Shown piece after piece: positions 13,161-26,482 of a stretch of DNA of 64,000 nucleotides. The number at the start of each line of letters is the position of its first letter. Position 1 is the stretch's first letter. Source of the DNA: Octopus vulgaris. Its lineage: Eukaryota. A program made the position numbers and the translations under genes. The stretch spans positions 171,058,001 through 171,122,000 of the forward strand of contig OX597817.1 in assembly GCA_951406725.2 (NCBI GenBank), given 5' to 3'. Under the pieces are notes generated by a model. It was not told the DNA's origin and did not search any database. It was given only the letters and a program-made list of their open reading frames with translations.

Positions 13161-15015
13161 TTAAAACCATGATATTACCATCGCCAGCATTACTACCACC
13201 AATATCCCTGTCACCAGCACCACCAATACCACTGATACCGTTACCACCACTAGGCTACCATCACAACTACTACCAACACCTTTATCATCACTACTATCAC
13301 CACCACCACCACCATCACTGTCAATACCACCACCATCAACACAAGTATCATTCCCCCTCTCCAACCACCATCAAATTCCCTGCCAACATACACCCCCACT
13401 GTTACCATTTGGGGCTAAACAACAAGAATGACATCAATACCAACACTGCTATCTGTATCCCCTACCAGTACTACTACTAACACAATAACCTCTACTATCT
13501 TCCCCACCACTACAACTACACCAGCACACTGCCACCACTATCATCAACCACCACCATCATTTCTACCATCACTATCATCACCAACATCATCATCATCATC
13601 ACACCATCACGCCGCTACCACCACCGTTGTCATCATAACCATCATCATTGTACCACTACCGCAATCATCATCACTACCACCACCACCACCAATACCACCA
13701 CCATTGCCATTATACCATCACCACAACTACTCCAACTGCAACCACCACAACCATCATCATCATCATCATCATACCACCGCCACAACCATTATCACTGCAA
13801 TCACCACCACAATCACCATCACTACCATCACCTTCATCATCATACCATCAACATACCACTACCAAGATCACCAGCACCACCACTATTTCCATCCTCACTA
13901 CCAACACCACAACCACCACCAACTATCATCACGATCACAGCCATCACTACCATCACTACCATCACTACCATCACCATCATCATCACCACCTATACCACTA
14001 CCATCATCACAACTATCACCTCTACCATTGGCTCCAACATTAACAAAACCGCTGCTACAAACACTAACAGCCCACTACTGAAAGCAACAATGCAATCACC
14101 ACCAATGGTACTGACACCAATACTACAACCATCACCACAAACATCAACACTACTACAAACAACCACCATTGCCAGTACCACTAACACCAATACAAAGTAA
14201 ACCATTACCATACCACCAACTATAATGCAATTTCTACCATCACAACGAATACCAATACAGCAACCGTCACCACAACCATCACCACAAGTATCAACCCTAC
14301 CGCTATTAATTCTACAACCAATACCAACAACACCAACACCACAACAAACATCATAGTCACCTCCAGCTTTACTACCACCAACATCACCACCATTATCAAC
14401 ACTGCCACCATCAACACTAACACCACCACCACAACCACTACCACCACCATCAACACTATAACCAATACCAAGAAAACCAGCATCATACCACCACCGACAA
14501 TGACAAAGTGATCAATACTAACACCACCACCACCACCAATACTACAACCATCACCACAACCGTCACCACTACCATCAAAACTACCACCAATACCAACAAC
14601 ACCAACACCATACCAAACACCATCGCCAACACCATCTCCACCACCATCATCAAAACCACTATCACCACCACCACAACTGCCACTACCATCAACACTACCA
14701 CCAATACCAAGAAAACTAACATCATACCAACAACAACAATGTAATCACTACTACCATCACCACAAGCACCAATACCGCAACCATCTCCACCACCATCAAC
14801 ACTACCACCAATACCAACAATACCATCATGAACACCACCTCCATCCCTGTCATCACCACCACCATCATCAACACTGCCACCAATACCAAGGAAACCAACA
14901 TCATACCACCACCAACAACAACAACAGCAATCTAATCACCACAAACGCCAATACCACAACCATCTCCACAACCACCACCACAACCATCACCATCAACCCT
15001 ACCACCAGCATCACT
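13160..15015. repeat. Cryptic (ACC/CAT/AAC)n low-complexity tract with an internal ~180-240-bp higher-order repeat
   Basis: caataccaagraaacyarcatcatacca recurs at ~14463, ~14702 and ~14881. Confidence 0.85.
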
Positions 15016-15583
15016 GCTGTCTTTGTATCATTGCTATCCATTTAATATAATCAGTGATCCGTGAAGAATTTCCAATTATTCTGGCAGCAATTTGAAACCT
15101 GCACAGTTATTTATTGGTCAGAATATCAGTCACCTGTGAAGTCTGTGTCACATCTATGACAGAGGACATCGATAAAGACTGTCTCTTGTCTCCAAAAACC
15201 ATTAACAAACTATCAATGTCAGATGCTGACGTGTCATCTTTAGTTCTCAGATTCTACTCTCAGTAAACACAGATGTTTGTTGGGTTTTTTTTTTTTGTTT
15301 TTTGGGGGGTTTTTTTTTAGATTTTTGTTGTGTTTTGTTGGAGTTTTTATTTTTTAATATCTGCATTTGTGTGTTTTGTTCTGTGTATCTTTGCTGTTTG
15401 CAGAAAATATGACGATTGCCAGTATCACCATCACGGACTTCAATATCGTCACCATTGCAATCATCCACCACTAACAGCACCACCACCACCATCACCATCC
15501 TTCATCATACTCATCCTCATTTTCATCATCATCGTCATCATCATCATCGTCGTCGTCGTCGTCGTCATCATCATCATCATCAT

Positions 15584-15615
<32 letters not shown>

Positions 15616-15619
15616 TCAT

Positions 15620-15651
<32 letters not shown>

Positions 15652-15967
15652 TCACCACCACCACCACTATCATCATCATTGTTGTCGTCACCAGCATCAT
15701 CATTATCAGTAAGCAATTGATATATATTGATATATATATATATATATATATATCAAAAGGATCAAGAGTCCTTCCTGAGCCATAGGCTCATAAGGCTAGT
15801 TTCCTGGATTTTTGTTGTCTACTCCCCACCTGGATGGGACGCCAGTCCATTGCAGGGTTACTCATTTTTTCCAGCTGAGTGAACTGGAGTAACGTGAAAT
15901 GAAATTTTTGCAACTCACAAACGTCTTTCACATCACCCACTTCAGTAATTGTTACCACAATCTTATT

Positions 15968-16183
15968 CTTTTCTACTCCAAGCACAAGACCCAAAATTTT
16001 GCAGGGGCGGGGACCAGTTGATTAGATTGACCTCAGTACACAACTGGTACTTAATTTATCGACCCCAAAAGGATAAAAGGCAAAGTCGACCTTGGCGGAA
16101 TTTGAACTCAGAATGTAAAGACAGACGTAATACTGCTAAGCATTTCATCCAGCATGCTAATGTTTCTGCCAGCTCACTGCCTT
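15968..16183 (-). mobile_element. SINE family B with 16-bp TSD
   Basis: TSD ttaccacaatcttatt at 15952-15967 and 16184-16199, core gtcgataaattaagtaccag. Confidence 0.9.
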
Positions 16184-16450
16184 TTACCACAATCTTATTA
16201 TCATGAGTGCAACACCCTAACCCAGTGTTTCTCAACCTTTTTACCCTTGTGTAACCCTTCAAATAAATTACATGTCTCAAGGAATCCCCTGCAAAAAAAA
16301 TTATATACCATATCTTTCTAATTTTTTTTCATCGTAGTTCATGTGGTAAATGTGATATATCCCCAATGGTTGTAATATTTTTTTTGATAACATAATAGGT
16401 TAGACAGGATGATGTCTATATTACAATATTACCATAACCAACAATGTGTT

Positions 16451-16834
16451 GTCCTAAACCAGGACTGCCATGTTATGGTGACAAACAATCTTTACTACAA
16501 GCTGCTGTTGCTGAGATTTGGAGGTAGTGATTTCCTAATTTATACATCAGTGACTAGTTGTCACTTTGAAAACTATATATTTCAAACGGGAATTTGACAG
16601 CGCCACCTCTAGCCAAACAATTATTCTGTGCTGATGAAGGGAAATAACCCAGAAATCGCGATACACAGATATTGTTTTGAGCTGAGTGGGGGTACTAGAT
16701 TCCCTTGTTCAAAAATATAAGGACACAGATCATGTTGTATAGCCAGCTGGAGACGATGTCTCCTGGGGCTAAATTACAGCAACATTAGTCCTAAACCAGA
16801 ACTGCCATGTTATATTGGCAAACAATCTTTACTA
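16451..16834 (+). mobile_element. Retrozyme-like or Penelope pLTR-like unit: 337-bp monomer plus 47-bp terminal redundancy
   Basis: Direct repeat 16451-16497 / 16788-16834 (43/47 identical) encloses a hammerhead motif. Confidence 0.65.
16625..16669 (+). ncRNA. Minimal type-I hammerhead ribozyme
   Basis: Stem I UCUGUG/CACAGA, core CUGAUGA, stem II GGG-aaauaa-CCC with an A.A closing mismatch, GAAA, palindromic stem III AUCGCGAU, AUA cleavage triplet. Confidence 0.75.
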
Positions 16835-16871
16835 ATATGTTGTGCATGGATAGTAATATTACAATCATGAT

Positions 16872-17149
16872 GTGAGGGCGTGTGGCTTAGTGGTTAGGGC
16901 ATTCAGCTCATGATTGTAAGGTTGTGAGTTCGATTCCCGGTGACGCGTTGTGTCCTTGAGCAAGACACTTTATTTCACGTTGCTCCAGTCCACTCAGCTG
17001 GCAAAAATGAGTGCTACCTGTATTTCAAAAGGGCCAGCCTTGCCACACTCTGTGTCACTGAATCTCCTTGCGAACTACGTTAAGGACGTGTCTGTGGAGT
17101 GCTCAGCCACTTGCACATTAATTTCATGAGCAAGCTGTTCCGTTGATCG
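16872..17149 (+). mobile_element. SINE family C with 12-bp TSD
   Basis: TSD tacaatcatgat at 16860-16871 and 17150-17161, tRNA-like head tggcttagtggttagg..gagttcgattccc. Confidence 0.9.
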
Positions 17150-17624
17150 TACAATCATGATATTAGCATTGGCTTATCTTACTCTTTCTCATGGAACCCA
17201 AGGGTTCTGGGGAACCCCAGTTGAAAAACACTGCAGCCATTAAGCCTAAGCCATGTGCTTCCACATAAAACTGCCCATGTGGCATGACATAACATAAAAG
17301 AGCTCATGCAGCAATACTTGAAAGTACTCATGTGGCATCATGTAAAGGCACCCATGTGGTGCCATGTAAAAGCACCCATGCAGTGCCACATAAAAGCAAC
17401 CATGTGGTTCCACATAAAAGTATTCATGTGGCACCATGTATAAGCACTCAGCATACTCTGTAAAGGGGTTAGCATTAGTGGAAGAGCATCCATCTGTAGA
17501 AACCATGCCAAATCAGACTTGAGTCTTGCACAGCTCCCTAGCTTGCCGGCTCTGGTCACATCATCCAACCCAAGCCAGTATGGACAACGGACATTAAATG
17601 ATGATGATGATATATATATATATA

Positions 17625-18004
17625 CACTTGCGTCAGAAATTAATTAGCACTTCTCAAATTTCTACATTAAATAGGTTAAATCAATTAACCTATGAGCTGT
17701 TCAAAACGTCTTACACGATGAGAAAACATAGTATGGTGTGATTTCGGTCCTTGCGAGGCGCTACCTATATCTATTAAACAAAGGAAGATTTGTCTGCATC
17801 CGCACTCCAAGTTGTTGTTGCACTGCTATGTCAACATCATAAGGCTGTAGACTCTCAAACTGCTCTGCAAACAAAGTTACGTCATCGTTCTGCGCAACAG
17901 TGAACTCGCAACAAAGCAATAGTTCGAGATATGGCCACTAGGTGACAGCACATACCTTGAGTGAAGAGCAAATCAAGGGTGCTAATTAATTTCTGACGGT
18001 AGTG
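17625..18004. mobile_element. Tc1-like MITE, 380 bp
   Basis: TA|cacttgcgtcagaaattaattagcac ... gtgctaattaatttctgacggtagtg|TA. Confidence 0.85.
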
Positions 18005-18222
18005 TATATACATGTGTGTGTGTATGTATGTATATTCTGGTGCATGTAAAACACACTCAAGGCACTGTTAAGTGGTTACCATTAAAAAGGGCATCTTGCT
18101 GTAGAAACTAACCGAAGCAGACATAGAACCTGGTGGAGCCTCTAGCCTCTCTGCCCTTCTCGAAACAATCAAACCTATATCAGCAGGGAGAAAAACACAA
18201 TAAAGGATGATGGTGATGATGG

Positions 18223-18254
<32 letters not shown>

Positions 18255-18308
18255 TATATAGTTGAGTTATTGGGATTTTAATCAATAGATTTGTTGGTAA
18301 AAATAATA

Positions 18309-18700
18309 TAGGCGCAGGAGTGGCTGTGTGGTAAGTAGCTTGCTAACCAACCACATGGTTCCGGGTTCAGTCCCACTGCGTGGCATCTTGGGCAAGTGTC
18401 TTCTGCTATAGCCCCGGGCTGACCAATGCCTTGTGAATGGATTTGGTAGACGGAAACTGAAAGAAGCCTGTCGTATATATGTATATATATGTATATATAT
18501 ATGTGTGTCTGTGTTTGTCTGTATATGCTGGTGTGTTTACGTCCCTGTCACTTAGCGGTTCGGCAAAAGAGACCGATAGAATAAGTACTGGGCTTACAAA
18601 AAGAATAAGTCCCAGGGTCGATTTGCTCGACTAAAGGCGGTGCTCCAGCATGGCCTCAGTCAAATGACTGAAACAAGTAAAAGAGTAAGAGTAAAGAGTA
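18309..18700 (+). mobile_element. SINE family A
   Basis: Full head and tail. A second 3' half follows at ~18940-19190. Confidence 0.9.
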
Positions 18701-18840
18701 TAACGAGTATTTATGATGGAAAACTCGTGGTGTTTACATGCACATCAAGAAATAATACTTGAGGATACAACCAGTATAATAGCAGGGTATAAAATATACT
18801 ACTTTAATTAGTCCTTACTTGAGTTAAAATCATAAGAAAG

Positions 18841-18922
18841 GAACTACACATGTTTCGGTATTGGAAGATCATAATATATGTAATTAACAGATTTATAATA
18901 CTACCAACACGTCTTCAGGTTC
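18841..18922 (-). ncRNA. Type-I hammerhead ribozyme motif with long stem II (Penelope-type)
   Basis: Minus strand: GAAC-CUGAAGA-CGUGUUGGUAG..CUUCCAAUACC-GAAA-CAUGU-GUA-GUUC. Confidence 0.7.
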
Positions 18923-18933
18923 ATTTTTCATTG

Positions 18934-18964
<31 letters not shown>

Positions 18965-20619
18965 ATATGTATGTATGTTTGTATGTCTGTGTTTGTCCCC
19001 CCAGCATCGCTTGACAACCGATGCTGGTGTGTTTACATCCCTGTAACTTAGTGGTTCGGCAAGAGAGACTGATAGAATAAGTACTAGGCTTACAAAGAAT
19101 AAATCCTGGAGTTGATTTGCCCGACAAAAGGCAGGGCTCCAGCATGGCTGCAGTCAAATGACTGAAACAAATAAAAGAATAAAAGAATATATATATACAG
19201 ACATATATACATTGCATTCAATACAATGTGTGCTGTGTAGATCTCTTTTGACATAATTTAAAGGTGAGACTTGGAACAGAAGCATGAAATAATTGTTTGA
19301 AGTTTCAGTTTCAAATTATATTATGTAATTGTGTGTGTATGTGTGTGTATGTGTGTGCATGTGTGAGTGAGCGCGTGTGTTTGTGTGTGTGTATATAAAT
19401 GTATGTATGAATATATGTATACACACACACACATATATATATAGTTAGATAGATAACTACAAATATACATTCATATATATATATATACGTACATACATAC
19501 CCACATACATACATATGCATATTGCATATATATATATATATAGAGATAGATAGATAGATAGATAGATACATACATACAAACATACATACATACATATATA
19601 TGCCTATATGTGAATATATTTACATACATACATGCATACATGCATACATACATGCATGCATGCATACATACATACATACATACATGCATACATACATACA
19701 TACATATATACATACATACATACATACATATACACATATGTACACATTCACTCATGTGCATGCATGTGTGTGTATGTATGCGTGTGTGCATGAGCATGCA
19801 TATGTGTGTGTTTATGTGTGCTTGCATGTGTGAGTGTGTCTGTAAACCATATTGTTGTGAATGCAATTTTACAATTGAATTCAAGAAATATATTCTACTG
19901 AGTAATTGATTTAGAAAGAACTCTGCAGAAATTAAATTCTGGAGAACCAGAGAATAGATATACAAACATCCCAAGGGATTTAACTTCTGTTTAGTTCTCT
20001 CTAAACCAATTACTTCATAGAATTTTTTTTTTTTTTTCCTTCAATTCCATCATAGATCTGTATTCCCAACATTGTAGTTCAAACAATCATAATCATAAGT
20101 TTAAAATTAAATTTCTTTAATTTTTAGTATGAATATTTATAGGCAGAAATGTGGCTGTGTGGTAAGTAGTTTTCTTCCTAACCACATGGTTCCAGGTTCA
20201 GTCCTATTGCTTGGTACTTTGGGCAAGCATCTTTTACAGTGGCACTAGACTCACCAAAGCTTTGTTGATGGATATAATAGGCGAAAACAGAATGACACCA
20301 GTTTTATATATATATATATATATATACCAAATATATACGTTTTTATTATTATTTTGCACATTACTTAATCATTGGAATATTATTGTAATTTTATTTTTAA
20401 TATTTATATTATATGTAATTTTCTAGATGGTGTAATTTAATTGTTCATTTTGAATTGATAAAAGGTGGGGTTTTTTCTAATTTATATATATACAGTAATT
20501 CCTCAACTATCATAGATGAAAATCCACGAAGTAGTAACAGTACTCTACTGTATATTTTTTTATTATTTTTATAATTTTAAATGATATAACAGGACCGAAA
20601 GACACTTGTTGCTATGTCC

Positions 20620-20688
<69 letters not shown>

Positions 20689-21015
20689 CATCATTATTAT
20701 TATTATTATTATTAGTATCATTATTATTATTTTTATTTTTATTTATATTCATGTAACATCGCCTGTTTTTCCGTCCTTGTTTTTTTATACATTCGATGCT
20801 TTCTTCCAAGGAATCTAATGCTCTTAGCTAAGTTTTTCCTTGGGATTGGCCAGATTGGAGCAATCTCAAGATTAATCAGCCGAAATTGACTGAGGATACA
20901 AAGCTTCGAATGACCCGTCCTTGTTTTTTTGTATCGTCTATCTGGATCTTTTGTTATCCCTTTTTGTATCACCTAGTTGTCCAGATATTTTGCGTGCTTG
21001 TCCCATTATGTATTT

Positions 21016-21067
<52 letters not shown>

Positions 21068-21078
21068 GTATGTATATG

Positions 21079-21137
<59 letters not shown>

Positions 21138-21983
21138 AGTTTCTTTCAGTTTCCGTCAACCAAATTCACTCAGAAGGCTTTGGTCAGCCCAAGGCTACAG
21201 TAGAAGTCATTTGCCCAAAGTGTCATGCTGCAATGGGACTGAGCCTGAACCTGCAACCATATGATTGAGGAGAAAGCTTTTTACCACTCTGCCATGCCTC
21301 CTACACCTATAATCAATTTATAAGCAATTATAATAATTAGAAGAAACAGTAGATTCTGTCAACAGTTGGTATACATAAGAGGCAAACAGAAAGAAATACT
21401 TGAGCGTAATTGGTCAGCTTGTTCCTAATGGCCAATTATTAAGTGACACATCATTAAGTGAAAGGCTATTTCATATACAAATAATGTTACAGATGACTGT
21501 TACATTCTGAATTATGGAAATGAGTGATATCTAATAATGAAATATAAAGCAACAGCTTGAGGATATCAAATGATTTGATTAAAACAATTACTCACAATAA
21601 TAATAATAATGAATCAAATATTCTTCTGCTTGTTTGTTCCTTATTGTTTTGGGTTCATTTACTCGACATGGTTTTGCCATTTGTACTTTGCTTAGTAGCA
21701 GCAGAAGTCGTTTGTTTTTCTTCATAAATGTGTCGAGAGTCTGAAAGTCCTTTAGTATTATGACAATTTTTTTTTCCTTATAAATTACAATAGCTGGCCT
21801 GATGTGTGTGTGTGTGTGTATGTATGTGTGCATGTGTGTGTGTGTGCATGTGTATGTGCATATGTGCATGCATTCATGTGTGCATGTGTGTGTGTGTCAG
21901 ATCAGCTATTGTACATATATATGTGTATATTCACACATATATATATATACATATATATATGTATGTATGTATATATATACATG

Positions 21984-22032
<49 letters not shown>

Positions 22033-22033
22033 A

Positions 22034-22070
<37 letters not shown>

Positions 22071-22178
22071 AATACATATATATACATACATGTATATAAA
22101 TACATATATATATATACATATATATACATACATGTACATATGTATATACAGATATATATACAAATATATATATATGTA

Positions 22179-22317
<139 letters not shown>

Positions 22318-22522
22318 ATCTCTGAATGATATACATATATATATATGTAGATAAATAGATAGATAGATCTGTAACAGCTTATCTATTTTGAAATTTGACT
22401 CTCGAGATCCCAAAATCTCAATCACCTATGCAATACGTGAAAAGGCCTCTTCAAGACCTTTGAGAGTGAAGTATTAATAAATACTTCCTATTGTTAAATC
22501 TTCTTCAGCTTTTCACCATCAT

Positions 22523-22570
<48 letters not shown>

Positions 22571-22858
22571 TGTTATTGTTGTCGTTTTAATGTCCACTTT
22601 TCCATGCCTGTATATGATAGATCAGACAAAACTCAATGAGATGTATTTTCTATAAGCAGACGCCCTTCTTGTTGCCAACCCTTATCTGTTTCCAAACAAA
22701 GGTAATATTTCCCTTAATCATTCAAATACTAACAGCACAATGGTGGGACATCATGATTTCATAGACGATTGCACACCAACAACACCATTTGTTTATTGGT
22801 AGTATTCACGTACAATCAGCATGCGATCTCAAGACAAGGAGACATAAACACAAAGACT

Positions 22859-22895
<37 letters not shown>

Positions 22896-22994
22896 TCACA
22901 CACACAAAGACATACATACATACTTACATACACACACATACACATACACACATGCATATATGTATACATACACACCTATATATATATATATATG

Positions 22995-23149
22995 GACTGC
23001 CTGTGTGGTAAGTAGCTTGCTTACCAACCATATGGTTTCAGGTCCAGTCCCACTGCATGGCACCTTGAGCAAGTGTCTTCTACCATAGCCTCGGGTCGAC
23101 CAAAGTCTTGTGAGTGGATTTGATAGACGGACACTGAAAGAAGCCTGTC

Positions 23150-23185
<36 letters not shown>

Positions 23186-23399
23186 CGAGGTCGTTGCAAG
23201 TGCCGCTGGACTGGCTCCTGTGCAGGTGGCATGTAAAAGCACCCACTACACTCTCGGAGTGGTTGGCGTTAGGAAGTGCATCCAACTGTAGAAACTCTGC
23301 CAGATCAGATTGGAGTCTGGTGCAGCCATCTGGTTCGCCAGACTTCACTCAAATCATCCAACCCATGCTAGCATGGAAAGCAGACATTAAACGATGATG

Positions 23400-23436
<37 letters not shown>

Positions 23437-23712
23437 GTGTGTGTATATGTTTGTGTGTGTGTCCCCAACATCACTTGGCAACTGATGCTGGTGTGTTTAC
23501 ATCCTCGTAACTTAGTGGTTCAGCAAAGACCAACAGAATAAGTACTAGGCTTACAAAGAATAAGTCCTGGGGTCGACTTTGCCTTTCATCCGTTTGGGAT
23601 CGATAAATAAAGTACCAGTTACACACTAGGGTCGATGTAATTGACTTAATCCCTTTGTCTGTTCTTGTTTGTCCCCTCTATGTTTAGCCCCTTGTGGGCA
23701 ATAAAGAAATAT
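22995..23712 (+). mobile_element. Composite SINE: A head, nested D element, A body, B tail
   Basis: Switch from A to B at the shared ggggtcga motif, ~23569-23577. Confidence 0.8.
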
Positions 23713-23744
23713 ATATACATACATGCATACATGTACATATACAT

Positions 23745-23798
<54 letters not shown>

Positions 23799-25613
23799 AT
23801 ATATATATAGATAAACATACATACATAAATACATACATACATACATACATATATACAGAGATACATATATACATACATACATGCATGCATGCATACATAT
23901 ATATACATACATATACATACATATATATACATACATATACATACATACATACATACATACATACATACATACATACATACATACATACATACATACATAC
24001 ATACATACATACATGCATACATGCATACAAGGCAAATGGAAACAATGTTCTGATGATTTCTCTGCAAATAGAAAAACAGAGGAGTGAATATAATTTAAAG
24101 ACAAGGCACCTGCATAAGTCAGATCAGGGTTTCCCAACTTTGACCTTTTCCTCTCAACTATGATCATTCTTAAGATTGGGAAAGATCACTCATCTTGAAA
24201 GCGCTCATAAGCAATTTATGTATCAGAGCACATAAATGAAAGAGCTCAGATGTCTGTTGTAATCTAAATCCTGTTCTGTTTAACCACCGAAACTAATTTT
24301 CACCAGCAGCTTTTATGAGGAAACGAATTCTATACAATTGGAGTTTATTTCTTCACAAGTCAACACATGATTTCTCATTGAATCTTTTTGTATCTCACTT
24401 AAATGATCCATCGTTTGCAAGATCTTAAATTTTCACAAGCCATCATTTGTTCATTTATTAATCAATGAATTGCAAAATTCAAGGAAGTAGATCATGCTTT
24501 ACATTGGTCATTTTGCTAACCTTTCTCTTAGCTCTATTTTTTTCTTTTACAAGTCCTTTTTGTACGTCAGGTATTGAGAGGCAAGACTATAATTGAGGAA
24601 TAGGATAGGCGTTTTGTCACAGAAGAGATACATGATTGCTGCAACTGGAAGATGAGAGATGGTAATGATGAGGTATCAGACATACTCTCAAAATACAAAA
24701 GGGTGAATGGGAAGGGGATGGGGGCAGGGGAACTGGTAAGTTGATGAGAGTGTGTGTAAGAAACAGATGGTTAGAAGCAGGGATATAGATAATGTCAGGA
24801 ACCATTCAAAATGAAAATAATTTTTTTGTAATTTTTATGCTATTAGATAAGGGACTGAGATACTGAGGCACTTGCCTTTGTTACATAACTCAGCCAGGGA
24901 GACTTTTTTTCTGTCAGATAATTCATATCAAGAGTTCTTATGTTTGAGGCAACTCCAACAAAAGATGAATGGTTGGAAACACTTTCTCCATTTTACGATA
25001 TGTATAGAATTAAATAAATAAAAAAAAACATTAAAAAAAATACTACATGAGTTCTAAGTATGGAGAAGTTATGTAGAAGGCATCTGATTTATAAATGACA
25101 GCTGAACAATGTGGTTAAATTGATTTGTGGAATTTAAGTAGGTAAAAAGAAAGGGAACTTACATAGATGACAAATCAGTATAATGTTTTAAAATGTATTT
25201 TCTTTCATGTGGGCATGAAAAGATGGGTTTTGCGTGCTTTTTTATTATTTTATCCAGATTTCACTACCATATTTTTAACATGGCTGTTTTTTAAAGCTGG
25301 ATGTCTTTTCAATTACAAACCGTTTTTCAGCCTGGATTGAATGCATTTTATCTTGTCACGTAGAGTAGAGAGATTGCCCAACATGACAATATGTTCCTAT
25401 CTATACTTCTTATTTATTATTCTGAGTTGCAACTCTTATAGACACGTTAACTTTACTGCAACTTACAAAAACCACATCTCCTACATACAAATTTTTATCA
25501 AAGTTTTGGCCTTCCAAGATGTTACTGTCATTATGTAAATATGTATGTATGTGTGTATGTGTGTGTGTATGTAAGAATGTATGTATGTATGTATGTATGT
25601 ATGTATGTGTGTA

Positions 25614-25646
<33 letters not shown>

Positions 25647-26106
25647 ATGTATGTATGTATGTATGTATGTATGTATGTATGCATGAATGTATGTGTTCAT
25701 GTATGTATGCACGTATGTACGTATGAATGTATGTGTTCATGTATGTATGTATGTATGTATGCATGTATGTATGCATGTATGTATGTATGCATGCATGTAT
25801 GTATGTATGTATGTATGTTATGTTTGTATGTATATATGTATGTATGTATGCAATCTGTATGTATGTATGTATGTATGTGTTCATGTATGTATGTGTATGT
25901 ATGTATGTATGTATGTATGTATGTATGTGTGTATGTGTATGTATGTATGTGTGAGTGAGTGAGTTATTGTGCAAAAATGTCAAAACAGCATATCATCATT
26001 TAGCACAAAGGGAAACTCAGAGATGTTGCTTCATTTCTCCAGTGAACAAATGTTCAACAGTTCTGCAGACACAGACATGTGAGAACTGGTGAAGTGAAAA
26101 TATACA

Positions 26107-26334
26107 TTCTTTTATTCTTTTATTTGTTTCAGTCATTTGACTGCAGCCATGCTGGAGCACCACCTTTTAGTCGAGCAAATTGGACCCAGGACTTATTCTT
26201 TGTAAGCCTAGTACTTATTCTATTGGTCTCTTTTGCCAAACCGTTAAGTTCTGGGGGACGTAAGTAAACACACCAATATCAGTTGTCAAGCGATGTTGGG
26301 GGGACAAATGCAGACACACAAACATATACACACT

Positions 26335-26399
<65 letters not shown>

Positions 26400-26482
26400 G
26401 TGTAGACACATATATACATACACATATATACATATATATGACGGGCTTCTTTCAGTTTCCGTCTACCAAATACACTCACAAA
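26107..26482 (-). mobile_element. SINE family A, 5' truncated
   Basis: Reverse complement of the A body and tail. Confidence 0.85.

Larger units (their letters stand above)
16223..17233. mobile_element. hAT-like MITE hosting nested insertions
   Basis: TIRs cagtgtttctcaac / gttgaaaaacactg. No intact 8-bp TSD. Confidence 0.65.

Noticed and set aside
15050-15266. Unique stretch with ~45-55 open codons on both strands
   Set aside because: No matched acceptor/donor pair and no recognisable motif.
13106-15785. Mucin-like Thr/His/Pro-rich ORFs
   Set aside because: Cryptic trinucleotide repeat open in several frames on both strands, with no stable frame and no signal peptide.
24918-25020. Short frame RVLMFEATPTKDEWLETL resembling the end of a PH domain
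   Set aside because: In-frame stop just after the good acceptor, no partner exons, and too short to support.
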